From Lautropia sp. (GTDB taxonomy: Bacteria; Pseudomonadota; Gammaproteobacteria; Burkholderiales; Burkholderiaceae_E), in contig JAUMZD010000016.1 in the NCBI GenBank assembly GCA_030528325.1, positions 1-64,000 on the forward strand: 64,000 bases of DNA, in the 5' to 3' direction. Shown piece after piece: positions 45,001-54,950 of this stretch (position 1 is its first letter; every line of letters begins with the position of its first letter). The translations under genes were made by a program, and so were the position numbers. Below the pieces are notes generated by a model. The model worked only from the letters and a program-made list of their open reading frames with translations, was not told the DNA's origin and made no database searches.

Positions 45001-48000
45001 GTCGGATTGCAACGAGACTTTCACCTCATAAGGGATATTGGCCTGCAACAGACGCAGCGAGGGGCTGATACGGATGGCCGTGCTCTCACCGATGGCGGCG
45101 GGGCAGCCCTCCGTGCCGAATTCGCTCGCCAGACACCACCGGGTGCTCCCACCTGTCAGCGCATTGCTGGCGTCACGCGGGTCGTTGTGAATGTCCTTCG
45201 GGTTGCGGTTCGTGTAGTAGATCTTGGCCGTGGCATCCCGTGCGGGCGGGGTGATGGACACCAGCTGATAGGCGCCTGGCTCGAAAGAGGAGGCCGGGTG
45301 ACGTGCCGTGAACGACAGGGCCGGGCGTGATTCTCCATCTCCCACGAAAGGCAGCACATCGATCATGTCCGGCACGTTCGGTGCGCTGATTTCCTGCCCC
45401 ATGGATACGAAGGTCAGCGTGTAGTCGAAAGGATCCCCGGGTTCGATCCGTGTGCGGGAGGTGCTTTTTTCCAGCAGAAAACCCGGAGGGGTCTGCACGG
45501 TGGTGTTTTTGTACGCCCCTTTCTCGCAGACCACTTCCTGATTGTCGGTCAGACGTGTCATCACCCAGGTCTGGCTGCCGGCATGATATCGGCAGTCGCC
45601 TTCGTAGTCGTTGGCACCGCCGCTGATGGCAACCAGGTTCCTGACCTGCGAACCGTTGATGAGATGGTTGCTCAGGCGTGCCCGGAAAGTGATGGGGGGC
45701 AGTTTGGCGCCCTCGTCGCCATCGTGACCGAAATGCGGCAACTGGTCCGGGAAAGTCCAGGTCAGCGTCGTCATGCCGGTGTCGGGGGTGTTTTCCTGCA
45801 CGACGGGTTCCATCGGCTGGCCGCCGACGGTGGCGGTGCCTTCGAGGTAATAGGTGCCCTTGGGCAGCAGGTCCGTCACGGTGACCGTGTCGCGTAGCTG
45901 CGGATAGAGGGTGCTGTGGCGGGGCACGATCTCATAGGTCAGCACGCTGCCGGCCGGTACCGGCGTCTTCTCGTCGTTGGCCGCGGCTGGTTCGATGATC
46001 GTCTTGCTCACGCGTGACACCGTGCGCGTCGGGATCACCATCAGGTGGTCACGTTGTTTCGTGACATCCATCGGAAAGGAGGTGGAGGTGATTTCGGCGC
46101 GGTTCCTGACGATGGTGCCGTCGGGAATCTCATCACCGGCCCGCCGGGTGGCCGGGCTTGGCGACAAAACCTCGATCGTGCTGCCCCAGGTTCGTCTCAT
46201 GACCAGGCCGGGGATGTTCAGTACGGCAATGCCCTGTGGGTTGAGGCGATTCAGCTGGGCGCGCACATAGACCAGCTTGCCGGCTTCCTCGGCCTTTTGA
46301 GCCGTATCGAACCACTGGATGTCGGGGTTCTGGCAACTGGCCGATGAATACGCCGAGCTGCCATGAGACGAATACTGGCCGATGACTTCGTAAGGCGACC
46401 GCGAGGTGTCGGTCGATGCAAAGTAGGGGGAAGTGCCAGCGGGTGGGACACCATAGCTGTATTTGATGACGGCTTTCGGATCTTTCAGGTAGCCAGGCAG
46501 GATGCTTGCGGACAACCTGTTCACGTCGACGTCGAAAGCACTCCGGTCGAGAATGTCGCAAAGCAGCACCTCACTGATCTGCTGCGTCCCCGTGTTCGAA
46601 AATCGCAGGATGGATCGTACCGACTGCGTGGGCGCGATGTGATTGACGATTTCGTCACTCAGAATGGCAGGGTCTTTCGGGGCGTGTAGCGGTGCGGTGA
46701 CACCCGTGTCGGGAACGAAGGCTTTCTGGGCTTCTCCCTTGCCTTGTGCCTTGATGTCGTGAGAGGTCACGTGACGGTCGTGTTCAAGGTTGGGCTTCGG
46801 TTGCGCGATGGCCTGCCCGCTGATCGAGGTTCCCTGAATCTGTGCGAAGCGGAAAGGATGGTTCACCACGACGTTGTCCGGGTAGGTGGCCAGCTCCGTC
46901 CATAGCACCAGCACCTTGTTTGCCACCCAGAACTCATCAGCCGGCAGGGGCGAATTGGTACGTGACAATTGGGTGGGATAGTGCGCCAGCCGGGTGTCGA
47001 CACCCGACAGCGAGATCGTCACGGCGTTTCGTGTGGCGCCGGGCTTCACCTGGCAGTCCCCGCCATTGGCCACGGTATATTTATCCGGTGCCGGCGATGG
47101 GCCATGGTCGGTGACGCGGTTATAGGTGTTGACGCGACCGCCGCCGAACAGACCAGGGGCATCCTGGGCGAAATTCCGGCCGCTGCCGCAGCCATCGGCA
47201 TAGCTGCCTTTCGCATCAGGATCCCAATCCAGGACACGCACCGAATCGGGATAGCCGCTGATGTCCAGCGTGATCTCGACGGGCTGGTTGGGGTCGAGTT
47301 GCTCGACGCCTTTTTTCCCGCCCTTGTCCGGGTTCTGCGCAAAGAGACCGATCATCGGTCGGTGGAACACCCCGTCCTTCCGCTCGGGGCCCGGGCCCGG
47401 GCCGTTTTCCACCTGAACACCATAGGCAGCAGGCACGCCGTTGTGGCTCATCTGGACCTTCACGTCATAGAAGGGGGCTGCCGTGACTTTCAGGGCATCG
47501 GGCAATGTCGCAGGTGCCTTGCCTGCTGGCACCTTGTCGGACTTCACGTCGATGGCAGGGGTTTCAAACGTGGTGTCGTGACGGACGTCGCCCCGAACCG
47601 TTGCATTGAAAACCAGTGACCGGGTGCCGGAGCCCGTGAAGTCCTCCATCCTGCAGGTGATGATCTGTCCGTCGGCCGACAGCTGCGAGCCAGGCTGGCG
47701 ACACTGTGTCGGCATCGACCAGTCGGCAATGGGTTTGCCGTTTACCTGAGGCAGGGTCAGCTTGATGACGGGATTCGTGTCGGCACCGTTGGTGCTGACG
47801 GCCACCTCGTAACCCACTGCGTCATGGGTGCGCACGATGCCGTTCTTGGCGCCGGCATCGAAGCCCGGGCCTGTCCGGGTCGTGTTGAAGGTGGGAGTGC
47901 CATCATACTGAACCGAGTAGGTCACCTGATTGATCATGGCCTGGGCCGGCAGGCTCCAGCAGGTGGCGGCCAGCAATGGCAGCACCCAGCGGACAGGCTT

Positions 48001-48039
48001 GAAAGGGGCTTGAGTCGACGGGAAAGGCTGGACGCGCAT
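42004..48039 (-). CDS. Giant secreted repeat protein 1 (about 2010 aa): DUF11-like and prealbumin/SdrD-B-like tandem repeats, with a conserved ~250-aa C-terminal module
   Basis: Signal peptide MRVQPFPSTQAPFKPVRWVLPLLAATCWSLPAQA. About 90-aa repeats (LTLVSTLTNDHGG...; LTLTTTVTNSHGGKATP...), a DUF11-like motif GDLVTYQLRIRNQGTGPAISPVVVDRLPPGF, and the C-terminal VFVDCNGNAKKDVEELGIPGVRLYLQNGTWMVTDAHGKY. Confidence 0.75.
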   Translation of the reverse strand: MRVQPFPSTQAPFKPVRWVLPLLAATCWSLPAQAMINQVTYSVQYDGTPTFNTTRTGPGFDAGAKNGIVRTHDAVGYEVAVSTNGADTNPVIKLTLPQVNGKPIADWSMPTQCRQPGSQLSADGQIITCRMEDFTGSGTRSLVFNATVRGDVRHDTTFETPAIDVKSDKVPAGKAPATLPDALKVTAAPFYDVKVQMSHNGVPAAYGVQVENGPGPGPERKDGVFHRPMIGLFAQNPDKGGKKGVEQLDPNQPVEITLDISGYPDSVRVLDWDPDAKGSYADGCGSGRNFAQDAPGLFGGGRVNTYNRVTDHGPSPAPDKYTVANGGDCQVKPGATRNAVTISLSGVDTRLAHYPTQLSRTNSPLPADEFWVANKVLVLWTELATYPDNVVVNHPFRFAQIQGTSISGQAIAQPKPNLEHDRHVTSHDIKAQGKGEAQKAFVPDTGVTAPLHAPKDPAILSDEIVNHIAPTQSVRSILRFSNTGTQQISEVLLCDILDRSAFDVDVNRLSASILPGYLKDPKAVIKYSYGVPPAGTSPYFASTDTSRSPYEVIGQYSSHGSSAYSSASCQNPDIQWFDTAQKAEEAGKLVYVRAQLNRLNPQGIAVLNIPGLVMRRTWGSTIEVLSPSPATRRAGDEIPDGTIVRNRAEITSTSFPMDVTKQRDHLMVIPTRTVSRVSKTIIEPAAANDEKTPVPAGSVLTYEIVPRHSTLYPQLRDTVTVTDLLPKGTYYLEGTATVGGQPMEPVVQENTPDTGMTTLTWTFPDQLPHFGHDGDEGAKLPPITFRARLSNHLINGSQVRNLVAISGGANDYEGDCRYHAGSQTWVMTRLTDNQEVVCEKGAYKNTTVQTPPGFLLEKSTSRTRIEPGDPFDYTLTFVSMGQEISAPNVPDMIDVLPFVGDGESRPALSFTARHPASSFEPGAYQLVSITPPARDATAKIYYTNRNPKDIHNDPRDASNALTGGSTRWCLASEFGTEGCPAAIGESTAIRISPSLRLLQANIPYEVKVSLQSDPLKSHDGNIFANHVDTRPPDESSPLLYVESQSDLHVRIVRQMSGLSGRVFVDGTQDNVFDTEDTALPGQCVRLSGTNSKGQPVTLSRHTDEHGHFAFTPDQKHQIYTSEDCSGTPLTTFGGLLDGTYTLSRVSEVTKQPGKTHAGSAGGQVSADGRSIAQITLGTGDMATGYHFTESRLTPRLTLVSTLTNDHGGQRSVSDIQLSAARNGQGDSTLNGSSGTPSVTLIQVPTGPYVLNATPLPGYRAGSWQCTVNGQPVPHGAASNASTPGESEVGAAPAPYTLNLGHDDDAVCAIHYDDEPARLTLTTTVTNSHGGKATPQHFVLHADGPTPMSGTTGQASVTGVSVLPGTYALRQDELPKYVASVWECDAGTLDGHQLSLAQGEHATCTISNTDQPISLTLVLDVLNSHGGTATSRDTTVGAQGPDHAISGITGTRPVTVAPVRPGTYRLEKPSLPGYLTGKWVCSEGTLEDDLLTLHDHQNVICHIELKDIPATLKAVKEVVGEPQPVPGTPSDYQVQYRVSVKHEAGAAGLYSLIDTPAFDPDVKIIGTRILKNDRPLSVTAANDGSWALAEQQPLAIGAEDLYLMDFQIRVPYGSSTANNRCASTEAAEGKGLFNRLSLRNHSADTPDAAPLTSQACIDTPVPADEARLTIEKRGNTQAAELGDLVTYQLRIRNQGTGPAISPVVVDRLPPGFRLEPGSVRVQGAQLVEIRQQGMRELRLTLDRIEGTGTDATAAAKPGATNGRNRTGSLHTGNFTSHGQGSGSPSLKAPGQHQPGDVIITYRVRLGVGSLEGDGTNRVHVECLTPNGAGTSTCSNESRWKVQVRAGIFSEEACVAGQVFVDCNGNAKKDVEELGIPGVRLYLQNGTWMVTDAHGKYSHCGLRPRTHVLKIDGRTLPRRSRLVTSSAQSAGDAQSLFIDAKKGMLHRADFIEGSCSNTVIEQVKARQAQGENTSVQTETGQPALSFESKRGVPARPLHQGTDAASQAVSRTRH

Positions 48040-48164
48040 GGGGCAGGCTCTGTCAGGATGATGGTGGGAGGCGCTGCGCATCCGCTGCTCTGACCGTTTC
48101 GTGCCCGATGTCGGTCACGCGATGGACTGGCTGGATGGGGCATGCGCTACCTTTGCCCATTCTT

Positions 48165-51100
48165 CTATCGGCCCTGAAGGGAAGGCGGGGTGATGTGATG
48201 GCCGGGAGGCCGGGAATGATCAATGGCGGGAGGCGCGTCGTTTCCTGTGACATAGGCCCTTTCCATCACGCCCGTCTTGCTGTCGAAAGCCTGGCCTGTC
48301 TGCCCACGCTGTCCGGTCTTGTGCTGAACGGAGGTGTTGCTACCCTGGGCCTGGCGGGCCCTGACCTGCTCGATCACGGTGTTCGAGCAGCTGCCCTCGA
48401 TGAAGTCGGCCCGATGCAGCATGCCTTTCTTTGCATCGATGAACAGGCTTTGGGCATCGCCTGCGCTCTGGGCGCTGCTGGTCACGAGCCGGCTCCTGCG
48501 GGGCAGGGTGCGGGGGTCGATCTTCAGCACATGGGTGCGTGGGCGAAGGCCGCAGTGGCTGTACTTGCCGTGGGCGTCGGTCACCATCCAGGTGCCGTTC
48601 TGCAGGTACAGGCGCACACCGGGGATGCCAGGTTCATTGACATCCTTGATGGCGTTGCCATTGCAGTCGACATAGACCTGACCGGCCAGGCAGGTCTCCT
48701 CGCTGAAGATGCCGGCTCGAACCTGCACCTGCCAGCGCGATTCGTTCGAGCAGGCTTCGGCCGTCTGGCTGTCGGGCGAGGGAAGACAGTTCACCTGCGC
48801 ACGGTTGATGCCATCGCCTTCCATGGCACCGGTGCCCACGCGAACCCGATAGCTGATCACCACCTCGCCCTGCCGGGGCGCAGTCACCTGGCCGGGCGTC
48901 GATGGCCGGGCCTGATCCTGTCTGCCTGCATCCTGACTGCCCGCCTGCCCGATCCGGTCAAGTTCGATGCCGAACTGGTTTTGCGCCGTGCGCGTGACAC
49001 GCAGCAGTCGTGCGCCCTGCACCCTGACCGAAGCCGTGTCGAGCCGGAAGCCTGGCGGGAGCTGGTCGATCACCACCGGCGAGCGGGCAGGGCCATCGCC
49101 GAGGTTACGAATGTGCAGACGATAGCTCAGCCAGTCACCGATGTCGGCCGAACGTGTGGTGCTGCTCTTCTTCAGGCGCAGGGCGGCCCGATAGTGCGGC
49201 ACCGGGGTGTCGGCACAGGCGCTCGCCTCGATGAGGTGCCCGGCATCGGCCGCACGGTCGGCGGCCGGCCCGCCCAGCTGGTGTACCGACAGCCGTGCCA
49301 TGTGTGCCAGCCCGTGCCCGGGGCGCCCGCCCTCGCAGCGGTCGTTGGCGGTGTTGCTGCCCGGCGGGACACGAACCCGTACCCTCAGCAGATAGACATC
49401 CTGCCCGTCGATGCCGAGGGGATGGCGGCTGGCGAGCCGCCAGCGAGGTCGTCCTTCCACGGCGGGCAGTGTCGTGATGCCGATGGGCTGATCATCACGC
49501 CTGGCCTGCACCGAGACGATCCGTGCATCCTCATCGAAGCCGGGCTGGGTGACGAGATCATAGTAGCCATCTGCTCCGCCCTGGTGACTGACCTCGATCC
49601 GGTAATCGATGTCGTGTTCCTGGGGACTGCCCGGTACCGGGCGGATGCTGCCGCTCACCGTTTGCGTCAGCTGCATCTCGGCCGGTATCCGCTTGAAACT
49701 GATCCGGCAGCCCAGGTTCTCGGTCAGCCGCAGGCGGTTGCCTGGCAGCGCAAGAGGACGATTGTCGGCGCCGTGGCACATCAGTCGGCTGTGATAACCA
49801 CGGCGTACCGGTACCAGCAGTTCGTATTCCCGGTCGGGCCTCAGCCCTTCGCTGACGGCCTCGCCCGGACGCAGGCGAATCCGCTGCGCCGGGGCGTCGA
49901 CCGGAATCAGCTGAAGCACCATCGCATCGGCCTCAGGGGCCGGATGGGTCGTGCCATCGGCTTCTTCCACCATCACCCCATCCAGCGCCACGCGCAAGGG
50001 GGCGTCGGTGTGGCTGGTGCGGCAGGTGCCCACATCACCATGACCGAGGCTGATCGTCGGCTCGGGCATGGACGGCGACTCGGTGCGGCCGTCGGCACGC
50101 CGGATCTCGCACTGCCATGGCCCGGGCTGAAAATGTGCCACAGGCAGGCTGAGGAGCTGATAGCGTCCGGCTGGCAGGGCAACGCCGGTCACGCCGGGGG
50201 CCCCGCTGGCGCCGGAGAGCAGCGGCTCATCGTGGCCCAGAGGACGTGCCTGCAGGATGAAGTCTTCCGGCCTGGCCTGCCGGCCGTGACGGATGTCGAG
50301 CGTGCTGACGAGGGACAGGCGCGCGGGCTGGTCCTCGACGACGAGGCTGCAGCTGGCCTTGTCCCCATGGCTGAGGTGAAGGCTGTCGCCTTGCCGGTTC
50401 TGATCGTTGATCCGGCATTGCCAGGTGCCGGTCTGATAGCCGGGCGGGGCTTCATGGCTCAGGTGGTAGCGTCCTGCCGGCACTGGTCGGGCCGTGAGGC
50501 TCTGGCCGTCCCCTGTCCCGTCGAGGATCGGGGGCTGCCCGGGGGCATCCGCCGGCATCAGGCGCAGCCGGACGTGGGCGGGTGTGGCGGTTCCGCCATG
50601 ACGGTTCATGACCGTGGCACGCAGCGTCAGCTGTGGCGGCACCATCGATTCGGTGAAATGATAGCCATGGGCCGCGGTGCCGGCCGTCAGCACGATGTCC
50701 TCGATACGCTGCGTCTCGGCGCGGCCGCCGGCGGTGCCAGGGGACAGTTTGCCGGGCTGCCGGTGTTCGCCGGCCGTGTTCGCCGGGCGGCTCAGCGTGT
50801 AATGACCGGCCAGCAGGCCCACGAAATCTGGCAGCGGCGTGCCGGTGCAGCCATGACCCGGGTGAATCCTGTCCGGGGCGCCGGTCACGAAACCGAAGTG
50901 GCCCTGTGCATCCGTCAGGGTCGAATACCGGAGTGGGTGCCCGTTGTGGCTTTGCCCCGTGAGATCGATGCACTGGCCGCTGATCGGGGTGTCTTCGGCA
51001 TCGAGCCGGTTGTCCTGCTGAAGGTCGATGAAACTGCGTCCGCTCAGCGCAGCCGGCTGGAAACTGACCTCGACCACCTGTGTGCCCACCGAGCGAACGA

Positions 51101-54100
51101 AGGGCAGGGGGCTGGCGGGCTGGCTCGGGCCGGCGTTGACGTGGGTGGCAAAACGGCTGCCGTGGGCGGCGAGTGCCGGATCGGTCTGCCATTGCAGGCG
51201 AATGTCATAGGGCTGGTCGGGGGGCAGCAGGGGCAGTGCCGGGCGGATGCGCACCGCGGTGCTGTCGGCAAGGCTGGCCGGGCAGCCCGCCGAGCCGAAC
51301 TGGTGCGCGAGGCACCATCGCGTGCTGCCATCGGGCAGCCGGTTGCTGGCGTGTCGGGGGTCGGGGTGGATCTCGCGCGCCGGGTGGCGGGTGTAGAGCA
51401 CCTCGGCTGCCGGGTCGTTGGCCGGTGGTTGCACGCCCGTCAGCCGCAGTGCCCCCGGTGTGAAGCGGGAGGCCGGCTGGCGAGCCTGGAAGCCGGTGGC
51501 CGGGTTGTCTTCACCATCGCCCACGAAAGGCAGGATCTGGATCACCTCGGGCAGATCGGTGGCATGCACCGCCACGCCGTTGGCCTGAAAGCGGATCTGT
51601 GTCTCGAAGGCATCGCCCGCATCGATCCGGGGCTGGGGCGCCTGGTGTTCGAGCACGAAGCCCGAGGGCGTCAGCGTGCGCACCGTGACCGCCGAGGCTT
51701 TGGCGCAGCCGTCGTCAGCCAGCGTGATGGGGTCGGGCGTGCAATCGGCTTCGGTGTCGTGCGGGCCGCCGCTGATGGTGGCGAGGCTTCGCAGCAGACT
51801 GCCATTGCGAACGTGCTGTCCGACCCGGGACTCGAACTCGATGGGGGGCAGCAGGGCTTCATTTTTTGTGTTGGCGCCCAGGAAGGGCGTGCGTGAGGAC
51901 AAGGTCCAGAGCAGGGTGGTCTGGGCGCTGTCATGGGTGCCGGGGATGATCCGGGGCTCCGCTGGCTGTCCGTCCAGCGTGGCAGAACCGTTCACATACT
52001 GCAAGCCGGCGGGCAGCATGGTATGGATCGTCACCGTGCCGGGCGTGGGCAGCATGGTGCTGCTGTAACGGCCCTGCAACCGGTGACGCAGCGTGGTGCC
52101 GGCGGGCACCGGGGTCTGGTTCACGGCGCTGTCGGGGGAGACCCAGGTGTGCGTGAGGCGTGAGACCGTCTGCGTGTTGATGACACGCAGATGGTCGCGA
52201 TGGGCGGCCAGCCTGCCGGTGTCGGGCAGGGTGGTGGAGCCGATCTCGGCGCGGCCGCGGATGATCGTGTTGGCGGCGATCGGTGTGCCTTGCCGGCGGC
52301 TGCCCTGGCCGGCCGGCGTCTCCACCTGGATGTCGGCCGCCCAGGTGTCACGCAGGATCAGGCCGCGGATCTGGAGTCCGAAGCGGTGGTTCGGTTTCAG
52401 TTGCGGCAGAAAGCCCCGCACATACACCAGTCCATTGGAGCCCTGGGCGTGCTGTGCCTGGCTGAACCAGCTGATATCCGGGCCGTCGCAGCGGGCGCGA
52501 CTGTAGGCGGACTGGCCTTCGCTTGCGCGCAGGCCCGGCGGGTCGTATTCACTAGGCGCACTGTCGGTCGACGTGAAATGGGGTGAGGCGGCGTTCCGAA
52601 CCCCATACTGGATGCTGCCGCCATGCGATTGCCCTGTCAGCCTGGCGCTGAACCGGGGGCCGATCTCGAAGGCGGTGCGGTCGATGATCTCGCACAGATA
52701 GGCGTCGTCCTGAGCCGCCGTGCCATTGTTGAAATAATCAAGATCCACGCCTACCGTCTGGCCTGGCCGCATCTGGTTGACGACGCTGGCACCGGCGGAG
52801 GGATCGGCCTGCGTGGCTTTGGGGGGCGGCTGCGAGGCGTCCGGCACGAAGACGCGCGAGGTGGCCGAGGAGGCCCGTTTGGCGCGCACATAGCGCAGGC
52901 TGCCATCATGGCCGGGGTCGATCTGCAATGGCTGGCCGGTGACGGAGCGGCCGCTCACTTGGCTGACGCGCAGCAGGTGTTCGATCTCGACGTTGTCCGG
53001 GTAGTCGCTGAGTGGTGTCCACAACACGAGGGTCTTGTTGGCCACCCAGTATTCGCCGCGTGGAATGGGGCCGCCCGGGGTGCTGCTTTTCTCGGTGGGC
53101 ACATGGGCGAGCGACGTGTCGATGCCGGTGATCGAGACACGCACATGGTGGCGGTCGGCCGACAGGGTCTGGCAGTCGCCGCCGTTCGCGACCGAGGTGT
53201 TCCGGTTGCTGGCGCGGGGGCCGTGATCCTGCACGTAGGGCTCATGGATCATGTTCCCGACCCAGCGGCTGGGGCGACCGTTGTTGGGGCTCCCACAGCC
53301 GTCCCTGAAGGAACCGGTGGGCAAATCGTTGGCTGGCTGGCCGGCCGCATGGCGCCAGTCATCGAGCCGTACCGAGGGCGGAAAGCCGCTCGTGTCGACC
53401 TCGATCTCCACTGGATGTCGGGCATCGAGTTGTTCGGTACCGATCAGTCCGCCATGATGCGGGTTGCGCACGAGCAGCCCGAGCATGATCCGGTGGTAGA
53501 GGCCGTCTTCCCGGTTCGGCCCGCTGGTGGGGGCGGCGGCCGACCCATTTCGGGTGGGCAGGTGCAGCCGGACATCATAGAAAGGGGCAGCACTGACCGT
53601 GAGCGCTTGTGCCTGTATCGGCACGGCCTGGGGTGGCGAGCCGTTCGCCGGAACGATCTGTACCGTGGGTGGTGCGATCCGGTCGCCATGCCGGGCGCCG
53701 CGTGTCACCTGGGCTTCGAGATAATGGGTGGTGGTCTGGCCGGCGGCCACCGTGCCGAGCTGGCAGCTCAACGTCCGCCGGTCGTCCGACAGGCCAGAAT
53801 CCTGCCCGCCAGGACCGCGCTCGCAGAAGGTGGGCAGGTAGGCCCATGCCACGGGGGCTTGCCCGGCCGTGGCAGGTGGTAGCGTCAGCACGACACGGAG
53901 CGCCTGTTCGGTCTGCTCGGGTTGAAGGCTCAGCCGATACTGGAAGCGGTCGAAACTGCGAACGATCCCGTTGTGGGCGTTGCTGTCCAGGCCCGGGCCA
54001 TCCTGCGCATCGAAGGGACTGGCGCCGTCGCTGTGGTTGCTCAGGACGGCCCGCATGCCGGCAGATGCTTCGGTGGCAAATAGTGCGCTCAAGGCCAGCA

Positions 54101-54191
54101 TCGCACCGAGCAGATGCTGGCGGTGCCACCGGCCCGGAAGCCTGTGTCGGATGGCGGACAGCACGGGCGGGAAATGCATGGGCCGGTTCAT
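48165..54191 (-). CDS. Giant secreted repeat protein 2 (2008 aa), paralog of proteins 1 and 3
   Basis: MNRPMHFPPVLSAIRHRLPGRWHRQHLLGAMLALSALFATEASA, a similar repeat organisation, and the C-terminal module VYVDCNGNAIKDVNEPGIPGVRLYLQNGTWMVTDAHGKYSHCGLRPRTHVLKID. Confidence 0.75.
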   Translation of the reverse strand: MNRPMHFPPVLSAIRHRLPGRWHRQHLLGAMLALSALFATEASAGMRAVLSNHSDGASPFDAQDGPGLDSNAHNGIVRSFDRFQYRLSLQPEQTEQALRVVLTLPPATAGQAPVAWAYLPTFCERGPGGQDSGLSDDRRTLSCQLGTVAAGQTTTHYLEAQVTRGARHGDRIAPPTVQIVPANGSPPQAVPIQAQALTVSAAPFYDVRLHLPTRNGSAAAPTSGPNREDGLYHRIMLGLLVRNPHHGGLIGTEQLDARHPVEIEVDTSGFPPSVRLDDWRHAAGQPANDLPTGSFRDGCGSPNNGRPSRWVGNMIHEPYVQDHGPRASNRNTSVANGGDCQTLSADRHHVRVSITGIDTSLAHVPTEKSSTPGGPIPRGEYWVANKTLVLWTPLSDYPDNVEIEHLLRVSQVSGRSVTGQPLQIDPGHDGSLRYVRAKRASSATSRVFVPDASQPPPKATQADPSAGASVVNQMRPGQTVGVDLDYFNNGTAAQDDAYLCEIIDRTAFEIGPRFSARLTGQSHGGSIQYGVRNAASPHFTSTDSAPSEYDPPGLRASEGQSAYSRARCDGPDISWFSQAQHAQGSNGLVYVRGFLPQLKPNHRFGLQIRGLILRDTWAADIQVETPAGQGSRRQGTPIAANTIIRGRAEIGSTTLPDTGRLAAHRDHLRVINTQTVSRLTHTWVSPDSAVNQTPVPAGTTLRHRLQGRYSSTMLPTPGTVTIHTMLPAGLQYVNGSATLDGQPAEPRIIPGTHDSAQTTLLWTLSSRTPFLGANTKNEALLPPIEFESRVGQHVRNGSLLRSLATISGGPHDTEADCTPDPITLADDGCAKASAVTVRTLTPSGFVLEHQAPQPRIDAGDAFETQIRFQANGVAVHATDLPEVIQILPFVGDGEDNPATGFQARQPASRFTPGALRLTGVQPPANDPAAEVLYTRHPAREIHPDPRHASNRLPDGSTRWCLAHQFGSAGCPASLADSTAVRIRPALPLLPPDQPYDIRLQWQTDPALAAHGSRFATHVNAGPSQPASPLPFVRSVGTQVVEVSFQPAALSGRSFIDLQQDNRLDAEDTPISGQCIDLTGQSHNGHPLRYSTLTDAQGHFGFVTGAPDRIHPGHGCTGTPLPDFVGLLAGHYTLSRPANTAGEHRQPGKLSPGTAGGRAETQRIEDIVLTAGTAAHGYHFTESMVPPQLTLRATVMNRHGGTATPAHVRLRLMPADAPGQPPILDGTGDGQSLTARPVPAGRYHLSHEAPPGYQTGTWQCRINDQNRQGDSLHLSHGDKASCSLVVEDQPARLSLVSTLDIRHGRQARPEDFILQARPLGHDEPLLSGASGAPGVTGVALPAGRYQLLSLPVAHFQPGPWQCEIRRADGRTESPSMPEPTISLGHGDVGTCRTSHTDAPLRVALDGVMVEEADGTTHPAPEADAMVLQLIPVDAPAQRIRLRPGEAVSEGLRPDREYELLVPVRRGYHSRLMCHGADNRPLALPGNRLRLTENLGCRISFKRIPAEMQLTQTVSGSIRPVPGSPQEHDIDYRIEVSHQGGADGYYDLVTQPGFDEDARIVSVQARRDDQPIGITTLPAVEGRPRWRLASRHPLGIDGQDVYLLRVRVRVPPGSNTANDRCEGGRPGHGLAHMARLSVHQLGGPAADRAADAGHLIEASACADTPVPHYRAALRLKKSSTTRSADIGDWLSYRLHIRNLGDGPARSPVVIDQLPPGFRLDTASVRVQGARLLRVTRTAQNQFGIELDRIGQAGSQDAGRQDQARPSTPGQVTAPRQGEVVISYRVRVGTGAMEGDGINRAQVNCLPSPDSQTAEACSNESRWQVQVRAGIFSEETCLAGQVYVDCNGNAIKDVNEPGIPGVRLYLQNGTWMVTDAHGKYSHCGLRPRTHVLKIDPRTLPRRSRLVTSSAQSAGDAQSLFIDAKKGMLHRADFIEGSCSNTVIEQVRARQAQGSNTSVQHKTGQRGQTGQAFDSKTGVMERAYVTGNDAPPAIDHSRPPGHHITPPSLQGR

Positions 54192-54197
54192 GGCGCA

Positions 54198-54950
54198 TCA
54201 GTGCCGGGTATGGCCAATCCGCTGATTGGCGCTGTCGGTACCCTGCTGGCGGGGCCGTGCCGTCACGCCCGTCTTGCTGTCGAAGGACAGCGCGGGCTGA
54301 GCGGCTTCCGTCTGCACGCTGGTGTTCTCACCCTGGGCCTGACGGGCTTTCACCTGCTCGATCACGGTGTTCGAGCAGCTGCCCTCGATGAAGTCGGCCC
54401 GGTGCAGCATGCCTTTCTTCGCGTCGATGAACAGGCTCTGGGCATCGCCTGCGCTCTGGGCGCTGCTGGTCACGAGCCGGCTCCTGCGGGGCAGGGTGCG
54501 GCCGTCGATCTTCAGCACATGGGTGCGTGGGCGCAGACCGCAGTGGCTGTACTTGCCGTGCGCATCCGTCACCATCCAGGTGCCGTTCTGCAGGTACAGG
54601 CGCACACCGGGGATGCCGAGTTCCTCGACATCCTTTTTGGCGTTGCCGTTGCAGTCGACGAAGACCTGACCGGCCACGCAGGCTTCCTCGCTGAAGATGC
54701 CGGCACGAACCTGCACCTTCCAGCGCGACTCGTTCGAGCAGGTCGAGGTGCCGGCCCCGTTGGGGGTCAGACATTCGACGTGCACGCGGTTCGTGCCATC
54801 GCCTTCCAGAGAGCCGACGCCCAGGCGCACGCGGTAGGTGATGATGACATCACCAGGCTGGTGCTGGCCGGGGGCCTTCAGGGACGGGCTGCCCGAACCC
54901 TGCCCGTGAGGGGCGAAGGTACCCGTGTGGAGGCTGCCGGCGCGGTTCCG
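54198..54950 (-). repeat. About 0.75-kb near-identical direct repeat shared with 42004..42760 (3' ends of giant genes 3 and 1); a diverged copy lies at 48165..48900
   Basis: The antisense track ORFs 42134..42580 and 54328..54774 translate to identical 148-aa strings except for 2 residues. Confidence 0.7.
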
